Of a DNA stretch of 64,000 nucleotides, positions 51,262 through 64,000 are shown piece after piece. The translations under genes and the position numbers were made by a program. A model generated the notes under the pieces. That model did not search any database, was not told the origin of the DNA, and worked only from the letters and a program-made list of their open reading frames with translations. The stretch is from NCBI RefSeq assembly GCF_006345805.1, contig NC_042997.1:206088001-206152000 (forward strand). Reading direction: 5' to 3'. Origin of the DNA: Octopus sinensis (taxonomy: Eukaryota). Each line of letters begins with the position of its first letter. Positions within the stretch are counted from its first letter, which is position 1.

Positions 51262-54200
51262 TATACTGTCCCACTGAATATGGCCGATAATATTCAAAAA
51301 CGCCACTGGGTTGAAAATGAAATCACTGCAATGATAAAAGCTTGGTACACTCACCACAACGAAGCTAATGTTTACAGTAAAATAGCTGAAAAATTAGCAA
51401 AACAATCCTTTCACAGATCTGTAAAACAGATGGAAAATAAAATAAAAGAGATTGTCAGAATATTTCCTATTATTCACACGCACATGGCAACACTAGAAAT
51501 CATCCTTGTCAATAAATGTAGTGCACCAAATGACCCAACTCCAACAAACATCTGACCTCATTCCACCCATTCCACAGGACTCATTATCACAACAGCCTGT
51601 TTCTGCTACTACATCACCAGTACCTGACCCGATTCCACCTGCTAGCCCTGCTGTTGCAAGTCAGGTTTCACTGCTGCTACAGCAACAACAACACTCTGCT
51701 ATAGAAAAATCACCCATACACCCATATCAAACACCCTGCCATTACTATGCTCAAGGTAACTGTAAATTTGGCCCCAGCGGCAACAACAATGAGGGACGCT
51801 GTGCTTTTTTCCATCCTACTTTATGTCGTAGACTTGTTAAGGGCACCTGTCCATATGGTATAACGGGAAAAAACTGCCCTCACCTCCACCCCAAATAATG
51901 TCCTAAATACAGAGTCCATGGTCCTGATCCCAAATATGGATGCACAAAAGGCAATAGATGCACCTTCTTTCATCCTAAACTGTGCCAAACATCTGTGTCA
52001 CTAAGGATGTGCCTGAACCCAGAATGCAACCACCACCATCTGAAGGGCACAAAACGATCACAAAATAGATATAAACAGCAACAGAGGAGATCTTCGACAA
52101 CACTAAAAACAAAATACAACCATGTTTCCCCTCCTACAATCAAACAACGAAGACAGAACCATGAAAAAACCATAACACCAAATAACACAAACATGAAATA
52201 TGTATTCTTTGACCAAGTGGCAAACCAAAGTGGTAACTCTTTTTTACTGACTTACCAAGAAATTATGAAGGCCGACCTAAGCCAAGAGATCCAACGAGCT
52301 ATCAGCAACCACCTATGCAAATCACAAGGACCACACACCCACTACCAAGAAAATCATACACACACAGCTCCATACAAGAACTACCCACATTGTTACCACT
52401 GAACAACTTAGAACAATACAAACATCAAACTTCCCTTACCTCGACATTCCTATTAAATGTATATGGCATCAACCCATCAATTATTGCCCCAAAATGGAAG
52501 ATCCCATATATAGAGAGTTGGCTTGCCGAAACGACACATTGCTTCCCTTTCTTTATCCTTACCGAGACTCACCTGAACAACACCCATATAGACGCCGAGG
52601 TGAAAATAAAAGATTTCACCATTGTTCGTGCGGATCGCACAAACCGAAATAAGGGAGGGACAGCCATCTTAATCCTTGACTCCTTCTCACTTGATGCCAA
52701 GGACATATTTTCCAATGACTATTGTGAATCTGTATCACTATTCAGCAAGGCCAAGGACATAATCATTGTTGGTCTTTACAGGCCTCCCCAAGCTCCTTTA
52801 AAGTGCTTTGAAGAGTGCCTTAGCAAAGTCAAGTCCTTCCTTCAGAAGTACCACTCCGGAAACATACTAGTGATGGGTGATTTTAACCTCCCTCATGTGA
52901 ACTGGCCCACAAATACTCTGAAGTTAGGCAAGTGCTCTACATCAGATAGAGCAGCAGCAGAACTGCTCTTTAATCTAATGGATGAATACTTCCTGACTCA
53001 GCTAGTGCTTGAACCAACGAGACAGAATAAAACGATCTTGGATCTGGTATTGACCAATCACTCTAGCTTCGTTCACAGTATTTCAGTTGAAAAAAACTCT
53101 CCCCTCAGACCACGACATGGTACTCTGCAATTTCAATTCCCGACATATAAAAACCAAACCAGCCAATCCCACTCCATGGCACCCATTTGATAACATAAAC
53201 TTCCACAAAGCGGACTGGGGAGCAATCAGAAAGGATCTGTCTTTCATCGACTGGTCTTTTACTCTCAATTCCACCCATATTGAGACCGCGTGGCAGCACT
53301 TTGAAAACATTGTCACATATACATGCTCTAAACACGCTCCCACGAAATCTACTAACACAAACAGAAATCAGCTCCCTAAAAAGAAAAAAACACTTATCAG
53401 GCGCATCAAAAGACTTAACAAAAAAATCAACCAATTAAAATATTCCCACAAACAACATCCTCATTCAACAACAATGAAAAGGCTAGAGCTGGAAAAACTT
53501 CATCTGCAGAACGACATGAAAACCTCCATAGAAAATCAAAGAGCTGCGGAGGAACAGTGGGTAATCAAAAACATCAAACAGAACCCAAAAGTGTTCTATT
53601 CCTATGCAAATAAGCATAGAACCACTGTCTCACCCATTGGGCCATTGATTGATGCTAACAGCATTCCCCAACACGATGCTAAAGAAATGGCAGAAATACT
53701 GCAGAAACAATACTGCTCTGTCTTTAGTGTTCCCACTGATATTGACGTTAGAGAAGCGAACGAAGTTGACTCTCAACATAAAATCTCAGACATAACCTTC
53801 ACTGCCACTGACATCATAGCAGCAATAAATGAGGTCAAATACTACTCTGCTGTAGGCCCTGATCGATTCCCCGCTAGTCTCCTGAAGGAATGTAGACACC
53901 AACTTGCAGTCCCTCTGACCAACCTCTGGAGAAATTCGTTAGATGCAGGTTATATACCGAAACAGTTTCTGTCCCAGTCAGTCATCCCGGTTTTTAAACA
54001 GGGAAACAGATCCCTCGCACTCAACTATCGCCCAATCTCATTCACCTCCCACATCATCAAAGTGTTTGAAAGAGTGTTAAGATCAAGGATGGCTGACTTC
54101 CTGGAGACCCAGAAACTCCTAAATGCAAATCAGCATGGCTTTCACTGGCGAATAGAACACAACATGTTGTAGTTGATGGAGTCCACTCAAGCCCAGCAAA

Positions 54201-55282
54201 AGTCACCAGCGGTGTCCCCCAGGGGACTGTCTTGGGTCCGCTACTCTTCATAATCTACATAAACGACCTTTCCAGTGTCGTACATTACTGCAAAGTGAAA
54301 ATATTTGCTGATGACACCAAGCTCCAGCAAATCGTCACTGAAGAAGCAGACCGAACTCAACTCCAGTCTGATCTATATGCTGTGAGTCAATGGGCAGACA
54401 GAAACAAAATGCAACTGAACGAGGGAAAATTTGAGCTGATGCATTTTGGAAGAAATTCCTCACTAAAACAGCCATACTCTCTTCCTTCAGGGGAACCGCT
54501 CACAGCCTCTAACAACATCAGAGACCTAGGTGTAATTGTTGATGACGATCTCAGTTGGAGTGCACACATCAACAAGAAGGTCGATATAGCTCGTAGGATG
54601 AGTTCCTGGATCTTAAGAACTCTCTGGTCCAGAGAACAAGGTGTCATCATACCACTCTTCTCCTCTTTTGTACGGCCACACCTCGAATACTGCTGCCCAC
54701 TGTGGTCTCCCCATACAAGACAAAACATCTCGAGGATTGAATCACCCCAGAGAACACTCACTAAACGAATTGAAGGCATGGCTGCTCTCGATTATTGGGA
54801 TCGCCTTAAAGCTTTGAAACTATACTCTCTCCAGCGTCGCCGTGAGCTGTACATCATTTGTACGATGTGGAGAATATACCGCCAACTTTGCCCAAACGAC
54901 CTGAACATAAGCTTCAAGGTTCATCCAAGACTGGGACCACGGGCCATACGTCCCCTGCCCAATTCAAGATTACAGCATACATGTACACTGCAACATAATT
55001 TCTTTTCCTCAACAGGCCCTGCCCTATTTAACATTGTCCCGAAAGAGATCAAAGAGGAACAGGATCCCATCAACTTTAAACGGAGTCTGGATAGATTCCT
55101 TCAAGGAATACCAGATAAGCCACCTATAATTGGATACAACTCACCCAACAAAAACTCACTACTTGAATGGACCATAAGCAACACTTGACTTAAACAGGAT
55201 TCAAATAATCCTATCAGGTGGTGCTATTAAGTTAGACATGGCCTGGACCTGGTCGAAACACATCTAAGTTTATCTAAGTTTA

Positions 55283-55290
<8 letters not shown>
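51262..55290 (+). mobile_element. Near full-length CR1-group LINE: ORF1 (Myb/SANT-like + CCCH fingers), ORF2 (APE + RT) with frameshifts and internal RT deletion
   Basis: APE LTETHL, VGLYRPP, VMGDFNLP, ILDLVLTN. RT NYRPISFTS..KVFE, QHGF, deletion near 54143, then GVPQGTVLGP, IFADDTKL. (CTAAGTTTA)-type tail. Confidence 0.9.
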
Positions 55291-55329
<39 letters not shown>

Positions 55330-56595
55330 ATTATTATTTCAGTTTTTAAAAAAATATATATAACTATCAAAAAGTATTAAAAAGTTTAATATAAGATAAA
55401 AAGTAAAACCACTATGATCGTTTCATGCCCATAACTTAATTCGAATAACAATTATCTAAATTCAATTAATAATTCGAATTATGGTTATAGTCAATCTTCA
55501 GGTTAATGATAATATTTAAATAAATAATCAAATATATTTAAACAATATTTTTTTTAAGAAATAAATAAAATAATAATTTTTCTTATAAAAAAACTCTATT
55601 ATCAAACTAGAAAGTTTAACGATTATGATTATGTCATACAATCGATTATAATGTTAAATATTAATTTTTAAGGTAAGAAGCCCACAAATAATCTAATCTC
55701 AGTTATAGTCAATATCTAATTGCCTAAATATTTAACAAAGAAAAACCACTATTCATATTATTAAATTTAATTTCAAGTCAAATAATTATATAATATTTGA
55801 ATAATAACTGAATTATCAATGAATATATATAAATGTATATAAATATAAGAATTAAGATCTAAAATTATCTCTATTAATAAATATATATGCACGTATAATA
55901 AAGACCTAATAAATTAATTATTCATTATTACTTACAAATATATTAAAAGGTTAAAGATGAAAAAGCTAATTGTAAACAAACAAACAAACTATCTTAAAAG
56001 AACGCTATAACTAATTAACGATCCATATATCTCGTTGGCTAATTAATAACTTGCAAAAACCGTATAGTTAAGAACTAAAATGAAATAATAAAATACATAA
56101 TGAAATAATCAATCCGTAGTTATATAGTATCCAATAAATACTACGAATATATTTATCAATGGAAAAAATACTACTACTATCAATTGAAAAAAGCAATATA
56201 TAAGTTATAATAACAATTATAAAATATTTAAAATAACTACCAACAAATATAGTTATTTAAGACTAAAATTTATGCTATCAATACATGTATATACATGAAA
56301 CCTAACTTTTAAAAAACTCGTATAACTGTTAACGATCTATATATCTCTTTGGCTAACTAAAGTCTTACGAATAAACATAGAGTTAAAATCTAATAATTAT
56401 ATAGAAAAAAACTACGATAACTAAATCATTACATAACAATCAGTATTTATATAAAATACAAAATTATACAATAAGACTTATTAAAATATTAAAATTTTAA
56501 ATTTTTAAACCTTAAATATAAATATATACTTAGCTCTGCGAGGTTTTGATTTGCCTAATAGTAGTTTTATCTCTAATTTAATATATATATGTATG

Positions 56596-56639
<44 letters not shown>

Positions 56640-56642
<3 letters not shown>

Positions 56643-57790
56643 TCATCATCATCATCATCATTTAGCATCCGCTTTCCATGCTAGCATGGGTTGGACGGTT
56701 CAACTGGGGTCTGTGAAGCCAGAAGGCTGCATCAGGCCCAGTCTGATCTGGCAGTGTTTCTACAGCTGGATGCCCTTCCTAACGCCAACCACTCCGTGAG
56801 TGTAGTGGGTGCTTTTTACGTACCTCCCGCACAGGTGCCAGATGGAGCTGGCAAACGGCCACAGACGGATGGTGCTTTTTACGTGCCACCGGCATAGGGG
56901 CCAGGCGAGGCTGGCAAAGGCCACGAACGGCTGGTGCTTTTTACGTGCCCCCGGCACGAGGAAAGTCGGGGCGGCACTGGCAACGGCCATGAACGGATGG
57001 TGGTGCCAGACGAGTTTGGCAAACGGCCACGAATGGATGGTGCTTTTTACGTGCCACCGGCACGGGTGCTAAGCGAGGCTGGCAACGGCCACGAACGGCT
57101 GGTGCTTTTTACATGCCACCGGCACGAGGCTAGTCTGGGTGGTGCTGGCAACGGCCACGAACAGATGGTGCTTTTTATGTGCCACCGGCACGAGGCCAGT
57201 TTGGGTGGCGCTAGCAACGGCCACATTCGGATGGTTCTCTTACGTGCCACCGGCACTGGGAACTCAGCTGCAATTTCCATTGATTGATTTCGATTCTGAT
57301 TCTCACTTGCCTCAACAGGTCTTCACAAGTAGAGCTTTGTGTCCCAAGAAGGGAAGGTATGCATAAGTGGGCTGGCTACATCCCATGTAGAAGGCCACGG
57401 GTTATGGTCTCACTTGTCCTGCTGGGTCTTCTCACGCACAGCATACTTCCAGAGGTCTCGGTCTCTATTCATTTCCTCAGTGAGACCTAAAGTTCAAAGG
57501 TCGTGCTTCACCACCTCGTCCCAGGTTTTCCTGGGTCTGCCTCTTCCACAGGTTCCCTCAACCGCTAGGGTGTGGCACTTTTTCACACAACTATCTTGAT
57601 CCATTCTTGCCACATACCCATACCAGCGCAAACGTCTCTCTTGCACACCACATCTGATGCTTCTTAGGTCCAGCTTTTCTCTCAAGGTACTTACACTCTG
57701 TCGAGTATGAGTACTGACATTACACATCCATCGGAGCATACTGGCTTCATTTCTTGCGAGCTTACGCATATCCTCAGCAGTCACGGCCCA
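56640..57790 (-). mobile_element. RTE LINE 3' fragment with diverged 3' UTR unit array
   Basis: TWAVTAEDMRKLARNE...WYGYVARM...GRPRKTW; about 7 GGTGCTTTTTACGTGCCACCGGCAC units. Confidence 0.88.
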
Positions 57791-59094
57791 TGTTACCAGT
57801 CTGGCGGCACTGGTAATGGCCATGCTCAAATAGAGTATTTTATGTTCCACCTGCACAGGAGTCAGTCCAGTGGCACTGGTAACAACCTCGCTCAAATGTT
57901 TTGTTCACGTACCAGTGGCACAAGTGCCAATAAGGTGACACTGGTAATGATCATGCTCAAATGGTACTTTTTACATGCCACCAGCACGGAAGCCAGACAT
58001 CTGCTCTGGCAGTGATCCCGCTCGGATACAGCTGTTAGCGCTCCACTGGCATGGGTACCAGTCATCGAATTTGGTTCAATTTCAATTTCACTTACCCCAA
58101 CAGGGCCTCGCAAGCAGAATTTAGTGTCCAATGAAGGAAGGATTAAGTACCCAAGACAAACAACATGTCGGACACATAGAAAACCCAGCAGCAAATGTTT
58201 CCTTAAAGTACCCCATTTTAGTGAGAGGATAACTACATCCATCTGAACAGCCATAAGAAGAGAAGGGCTAGACATACAACTAGCCCACTTCGGCCCCTCT
58301 CTGAGAGGACACCTCGCAAAGAAACAAACAAGGGACAACAATCAATGTACACTAACAAACTGTCCTATCTGTGACACAGATTTATGCCAACGGGTAAATG
58401 TTGTGTATAGAATATAATGTAACAAAAGACAGATAGATAGGCAGACAGGTAGATCAATCAATGATATATAGACAGAAATGAGGAGCATATATTCTGGGAG
58501 TGCTATGTATGTGCTGAACACCCATCGAAAATGGCAATTCATTATAAATATTAACCCCTTACTTGTTAATGTAATGACAAGTCTTAATGGAAAACTTCCA
58601 TTATATCCCTGCTTGATATTTGGTGGCATTGGGTGTGGCAGCACAGCCAGTACAACAACCACCACATGCCACTGATAGATAAATAGAATGACAGGTTCAG
58701 GCAGATAGATAGAAGTGTGCGTGTGTTCTTTTACTTGTCCTAGTCATTGAACGGCTTTTGCTTTCCTCAGTCTGATACATATTTTATCGTCTGGCAAACT
58801 GGAAGGTCTGTTTTTCTTTTAGTCTGTTGGATAGAATGTTTTGAATATTTGTCAAAGCTGTCTGAACTGTTATCTTGGATCTCACTGAGAACAATTTTGC
58901 CTGTCATTCTTAGAAAGTTATTCCATAGGGAATCCAACAACTACTGGCATCAGCTCTTCTTTCTGTTAGCATCAGCCATGTTGCACAGGAAGAAAGGTCA
59001 TAGTAGACCATTCACACTTTCTGTTTTCAGAAATAAGGAAGGGTTCAGTGAGGAACTAGCTGCCACATCACATAAAAATATTGGTTTCAAACTT

Positions 59095-59285
59095 TCGGCA
59101 CATGGCCAGCAATCCCTGGAAAGGGGTCAAATCAATTATATTGCTCAACTGATATTTACTTTATCAACCCCAAGGATAAAAGGCAAAATTGACCACAGAA
59201 GAATTTGAACTCAGAATATAAGACAGACGAAATACCGTTGAGCATTTTGCCCAGTCAGCTAATGATTCTGCCAGTTTGCTGCCTT
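59095..59285 (-). mobile_element. SINE (family of 49218-49420)
   Basis: Reverse complement GGCAGCAAACTGGCAGAATCATTAGC...CTGAGTTCAAATTC. Confidence 0.65.
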
Positions 59286-60378
59286 ATTTCTTATAGAAAT
59301 ATCCTTATGTTCCAATCATGGATTTGTATGTGGTACAGGCTTAAGCTGATTTCTTTTATCTATATTTTTTAATCAAGTGATAAAGATTTAGTTTTCTCTT
59401 TTTTTTTTTTGGTATAAAGGAACATAATGTCCCTATTTATATTTGGGGTGTGAGTTATATCGGTAAATGTGAGGTGTAAGCTTTTTGGTACCAACCTTCC
59501 CAAGACCGCACTTTCTTCTATGATACATACTTTCTATAGAAAGTGATGTAAATTAAAATTTCCCATTAAGATTCCATGTCAATTCATGTTCTAATTAGCA
59601 GCTTACCAATGACCAAGATATTTTAGTAAATTCTTTATCATTTACAAAATTAATTAAAATAAAGAAGACATCATACAACAGAAAAGATCCATTTTTTTAG
59701 GGTTTCTCTAAATATTTATCATTAATTAGAGAGATTTTCAATCTGAATACCAATGAAGTAGAAATAATTTTAACAACACTTGACATCATTCACTATGCAG
59801 AGTCTCAGGATGGTAGCAGTGGTCTGAAATAGTCATATTGTAAACATGTACTAGATAGTAATATATAGCAATAATTAAAGAGCAGTTGATATCACTCCCC
59901 ACAGGGATAAGGTGATAATCTTTTTCAGGTTAACTTCATTATTTCAGGAAGTGATACCTCTTTATTAAAATAGAAAAACACTCAGAGTGTAGTGGGCGTT
60001 TTTTATATGCCACTGGCACAGATACCAGTAATGTAGCACTGGCATTGGACATGCTCGAATGGTAACTTTTACATGTCACCAGCTCGAGTGCCAGTCAGGT
60101 GGCACTAGTAATGGCCATGCTTGAATGGTGTTCTTTATGTGCCACTGGTATGAGTAGCATATCACCTGATTGAAAAATGCTTGTAAATGGGCCAGTTATG
60201 TGACACTGGCATCAGCCATGATTACAATCTCACTTGGTATGCCAGCTCTTCTCAAGCACAGCATAAAGGTCTCAGTTGCTTGTCATTGCCTCTGTCAGGC
60301 CCAACGTTCGAAGGTTATGCTTCACCACATCATCCCATGTCTTTTTCATTGACAAAATGAATATTTCTCCTATTTCAG

Positions 60379-60560
60379 ATCATGAAGATGAAGAAATAGA
60401 CGATAATGTCTCTGCTGGTCAACAAGAAGATAGCGTCACATTGAAATTCATTACTAATTACAGAAATCTTAACCATGCTATAAAAACTGTTGGAAAGGAG
60501 TACAATTCCCAATTAACAACTAAAGAAATCCCATTTGATATGGAGTTAAAAGGATTTCGA
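60379..60560 (+). CDS. Exon E: post-macro linker region of PARP14-like protein
   Basis: cctatttcAG|AT CAT GAA...TTT CGA|GTaagt; (D)HEDEEIDDNVSAGQQEDSVTLKFITNYRNLNHAIKTVGKEYNSQLTTKEIPFDMELKGFR, phase 1 to 0, compatible with exon D. Resembles the segment between the macros and WWE in PARP14-like proteins (by recall). Confidence 0.72.
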
Positions 60561-60619
60561 GTAAGTTGGCCACAACAATACAGGGTTTTCCTTTTTTAAT
60601 CTTTTGTCTTTAACTTCTT

Positions 60620-61405
60620 TCAATCATCAGAGTTCAGTTATTCTGGGGCTTAATATGACTCATCCGACTTCAGTCATGCAGGGGCTTAATATGACTCACA
60701 AGATTTTAGTCATGCTAGGGTATAATATGACTCATTTGACTTCAGCCATGCTGGGATTTAATATGGCTCATCCGTCTTCAGTCATACCTAGGCTTATTAT
60801 GACTCTTCAGACTTCAGTCATGCTGGGGACTAATATGACTCATCAAACTTTAGTCATGCTGGGGCTTAATATGACACCTCAGATTTCAGTCATGCTGAGG
60901 CTTGTTATGACTCATCCGTCTTCAGTCATACCTAGGCTTATTATGACTCTTCAGTCTTCAGTCATGCTGGGGACTAATATGACACCTCAGATTTCAGTCA
61001 TGCAGGTCCTTAATATGACTCATCCGATTTCAGTCATGATGGAGCTTGAAATGACTCATCTAACTTCAATCATTTTTGCAACACAGTTTGACTCATCAGA
61101 CTTCAGTGAAGCTGGTTCTTAATATGACTCATGAGACATCAGTCATCCTGGTGCTTAATATGACTCATCAGACTTCAGTGAAGCTGGTTCTTAATATGAC
61201 TCATCAGACATCAGTCATCGTGGGCCTTAATTTGACTCATCAGACATCAGTCATGCTGGGGCTTAATATGACTTATCATACTTCAGTGAAACTGGGCCTT
61301 AATGTGACACATCCAATTTCAGTCATGCTGGGGCTTATTATGACTCATCTAATTTCAGTCCTACTTGTTCTTAATATGACTCATCCGATTTCAGTCATTC
61401 TGGGT
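60620..61405. repeat. 36-bp minisatellite, about 21 units
   Basis: Consensus CTTAATATGACTCATCAGACTTCAGTCATGCTGGGG; 12-aa periodicity in ORFs 60604-61122 and 61076-61462; one +1 register shift near 61085. Confidence 0.95.
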
Positions 61406-61439
61406 CTTGTCAATTTGGCTAGTGTATCTGCCAGAATAG

Positions 61440-61720
61440 TAGGTGACTGGCAGATTTCCTGAAGTTAGTATTGCAAACCATAAGATCATTTGCATCGCAG
61501 AACTCCAGCAGACGTGTTCCCTCCTCACTGAGGGAACCAAAACCGTAGCCTCCATGTACATCATGGAAGCCCCCTGTATGTTGCCCAACATGTCCATTGA
61601 AGTCACCAGCCACAAAGAGAATTTCCCTGTCATTCGTGAACGAGGTAGTCAGCAAGAGGCTGTCATAAAATTGGTCTTTCTTTTCATCAGGTATCCCTGG
61701 CTGAGGAGCATAGGTCAAGA
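61440..61720 (-). mobile_element. RTE APE-domain fragment
   Basis: YAPQPG...KDQFYD...AGDFNGHVG...GTRLLEFC...CNTNFRK. Confidence 0.85.
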
Positions 61721-61861
61721 TAATGGTTACTAACCCATGATGCTAATCTAATCTTAAGTATTCTGTCGCATACTCTGACTATCTCGATTACCTTATCAAG
61801 CTATTTTTCCACAAGAAGTATACCCACACCTCCGACCCCTTCAGTGTTCCCTACCCAATAT

Positions 61862-62734
61862 ATCATCATCATCATCACCGTTTAATGTTCACTTTCCATG
61901 CTGGCATGGGTTGGAGGGTTTGACTGAGGGCTGGCAATCCAGAAGGCTGCGCCAGTCTCCAATCTGATCTGGCACGAGCACCAGTCAGGTGGTACTGGCA
62001 TAGTCCATGCTCAAATGGTGCATTTTATGTACCACCTGCACAGGAAACAATCCAGCAGCAGTGTCAATGACCATGCTGGAATGAGTTTTTTTATGTGCCA
62101 CTGGCATGGGAGCCAGTCAGCGGCCCTGGCAATGATCATACTTGAATGGTGCTTTTAACATTCCACTAGCATGGGTGCCAATCAGGCAGTACTGTCATTG
62201 GCTATGACAACGATTTCGATTTCACTTGACTCAACAAGTCTTTGCAAATGGAGATTATTGCCCATTGATTGAAGGGTACTCTTAAATGGGCCAGTTATGC
62301 TGCACTGGCAGATGCCATGGGTTATGATCTCACTTGGCTTGCCGGGTCTTCTCAAGCACAGCATATCTCCAAAGGTCTCAGTCACTAGTCATTGCTTCAG
62401 TGAGGTCCAATGTTCGAAGATTGTGCTTCATCACCTCATCCCAGGTCTTCTTGAGTCTAACTCTTCCACAGGTTCCCTCAACTGCTAGGGTGGGACTCTT
62501 TTTCACACAGCTGTCCTCATCCATTTGCAACACATGATCATACCAGTGCAGTCGACTCTCTTGCACACCACATTTCTTCTAAGTCCAACTTTTCTCTCAG
62601 GGCACTAACACTCTGTCGTGTATGCACACTGACATTATGCATCTAGCAGAGCATACTGGCTTCATTCCTTGCAAGATTATGCATGTTCTCAGCAGTCACA
62701 CCCCATGTTTCACTACCATGTAGCATGGTTGTTC
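61862..62734 (-). mobile_element. RTE LINE 3' fragment
   Basis: TTMLHGSETW...LHWYDHVLQM plus 3' UTR and (GAT)n tail. Confidence 0.85.
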
Positions 62735-64000
62735 CTTGCCAGAAAAAGGGAAAGATGGCTGCTTATAAATGTCAAAACCTTCCCAGGCGAAGAATGTACC
62801 CCACAACATTGACTGGTATTTATCAACTTCATGATCAGGGTTAAATGGATGCCCAGAAGACCAGTATGGAGGAGAAGGGTCTGGAAGCTTAAAGATCCAG
62901 CGAATGAACAGAGATTTAGAGACATATTACTCAAAGCCTTTGACGAAATAGAAGGGGATATAGCTTCACATGGGGTAGAAAACAACTGGAGGTTTCTACG
63001 GGACAAACTGATGAGGGCCACTGACCAGATCTGTGGATGGTACAAAGTCCTCTCTCGACTCAAGGTAACATGGTGGTGGAACAATGTGGCTGACAAGGCT
63101 ATTAGAGAAATGAGACAGGCATAGAAGGACTGAAAGAATGGTGGTAGCATGGAATTTTATCAGATTGGCAGAATGGAAGCTAGGAGACAGGTTTACTTAG
63201 CCAGAGGGGAAGTAGATAAGAAAAAATTTGCCAATGTCCTGTGTCATGAAGACCAAAGACTTGAAGTATTTCGTGTTGCAAGACAGTATGTGAGAGAGAA
63301 TCGTGATGTCACAGGAGAGAAATGTGTCCTCATGGATGATGGTTCACTTGCACTAAACGAGGATGCAAAGAGAGAGGTTTGGAGAAGCCACTATCAAAGG
63401 TTGATCAATAAAGAGAATGAATGGGAGAAAGGGAAAATGCCAAATGTCAACCCAACGGAGGGACCAGCTTTCCGAGTTGACAGTTCCTTGGTAGATAAAG
63501 CAATTAAGAGTATGAAGACAGGGAAACCCCTGGCCCATCAGGAATTATTGCAGAGATGCTCAAAATGTCTGGCAGTATCAGCTATAGTCTAGTCACCTGT
63601 ATAGTTAACCAGGTGATACACGAAGGGGGTCATACCCAATGACTGGTGTAGCAGCATAATAGTCAACTGCTACAAATGTAAAGGTGATGCTTTAGATACA
63701 AATAATTACAGAGGTATCAAGTTGTTGGATCAGGTAATGAAGGTCACGGAGAGGGTCATAGCCCAACTGATTTGGGAGAATGTCAGTTTAGATGAGATGC
63801 AGTTCAGTTTCATGCCAGGGAAAAGCACCACTGATGCTATATTTCTGGTAAGTCAGCTGCAAGAGAAATACCTAGCCAAAGATAAACCTCTGTACTTGGC
63901 TTTCATTGACATGGAGAAAGCCTTTGACAGGATCCTCTGATCCCTTATCTGGTGGTCAATGAAGAAACTAGGGATAGATGAATGGTTAGTGAGAGCTGTG
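62735..64000 (+). mobile_element. RTE LINE, APE end through RT N-terminus, running off the window
   Basis: KTFPGEECTPQH, TWWWNN, NYRGIKLLDQVMKV, QFSFMPGKST, FIDMEKAFD. Confidence 0.88.

Noticed and set aside
56810-57260. CRISPR-like repeat/spacer appearance (palindromic repeat with variable intervening sequence)
   Set aside because: The spacers are homologous to each other, the array is part of an RTE 3' UTR, the context is eukaryotic, and there are no cas genes.
59790-59970. Extra small exons upstream of exon E
   Set aside because: Candidate acceptors lead to in-frame stops before any donor.
60604-61462. Long ORFs with a 12-aa repeat
   Set aside because: Stop-free frame of the minisatellite; no convincing splice signals and a register shift in the middle.

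Overview
AT-rich, microsatellite-dense eukaryotic genomic DNA. The repeat families I recognise (tRNA-derived SINEs, RTE LINEs with (GAT)n tails) suggest a coleoid cephalopod, most likely Octopus; this is inference and no database search was run. The window lies inside one large + strand spliced gene encoding a macrodomain protein of PARP14/PARP9/PARP15 type. Five phase-compatible exons (42645-42763, 43045-43272, 44501-44728, 48484-48574, 60379-60560) splice into a macrodomain plus downstream linker. A paralogous copy of the fourth exon sits at 12275-12329. Three of these exons are not visible in the supplied ORF track. The rest is intronic transposon material: many RTE fragments, three CR1-like LINEs (one near full length, with an unusual Myb/SANT-like + CCCH ORF1), a near full-length R4/Dong-type RLE element nested in a Penelope-like element (PLE), further PLE fragments, Helitron derivatives, a mariner relic and SINEs. 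Most notable observations: (1) PLE-type minimal hammerhead ribozymes, one fully canonical inside an ORF-less fold-back element, with disabled copies on the host sense strand; (2) several long fold-back palindromes; (3) a 36-bp intronic minisatellite carrying 14 AP-1 (TGACTCA) motifs; (4) an internal gene-module duplication that may have left an orphan exon. There is no prokaryotic operon or CRISPR array. Most ORFs in the track are microsatellite or antisense artefacts. Transposon boundaries are by eye and approximate.
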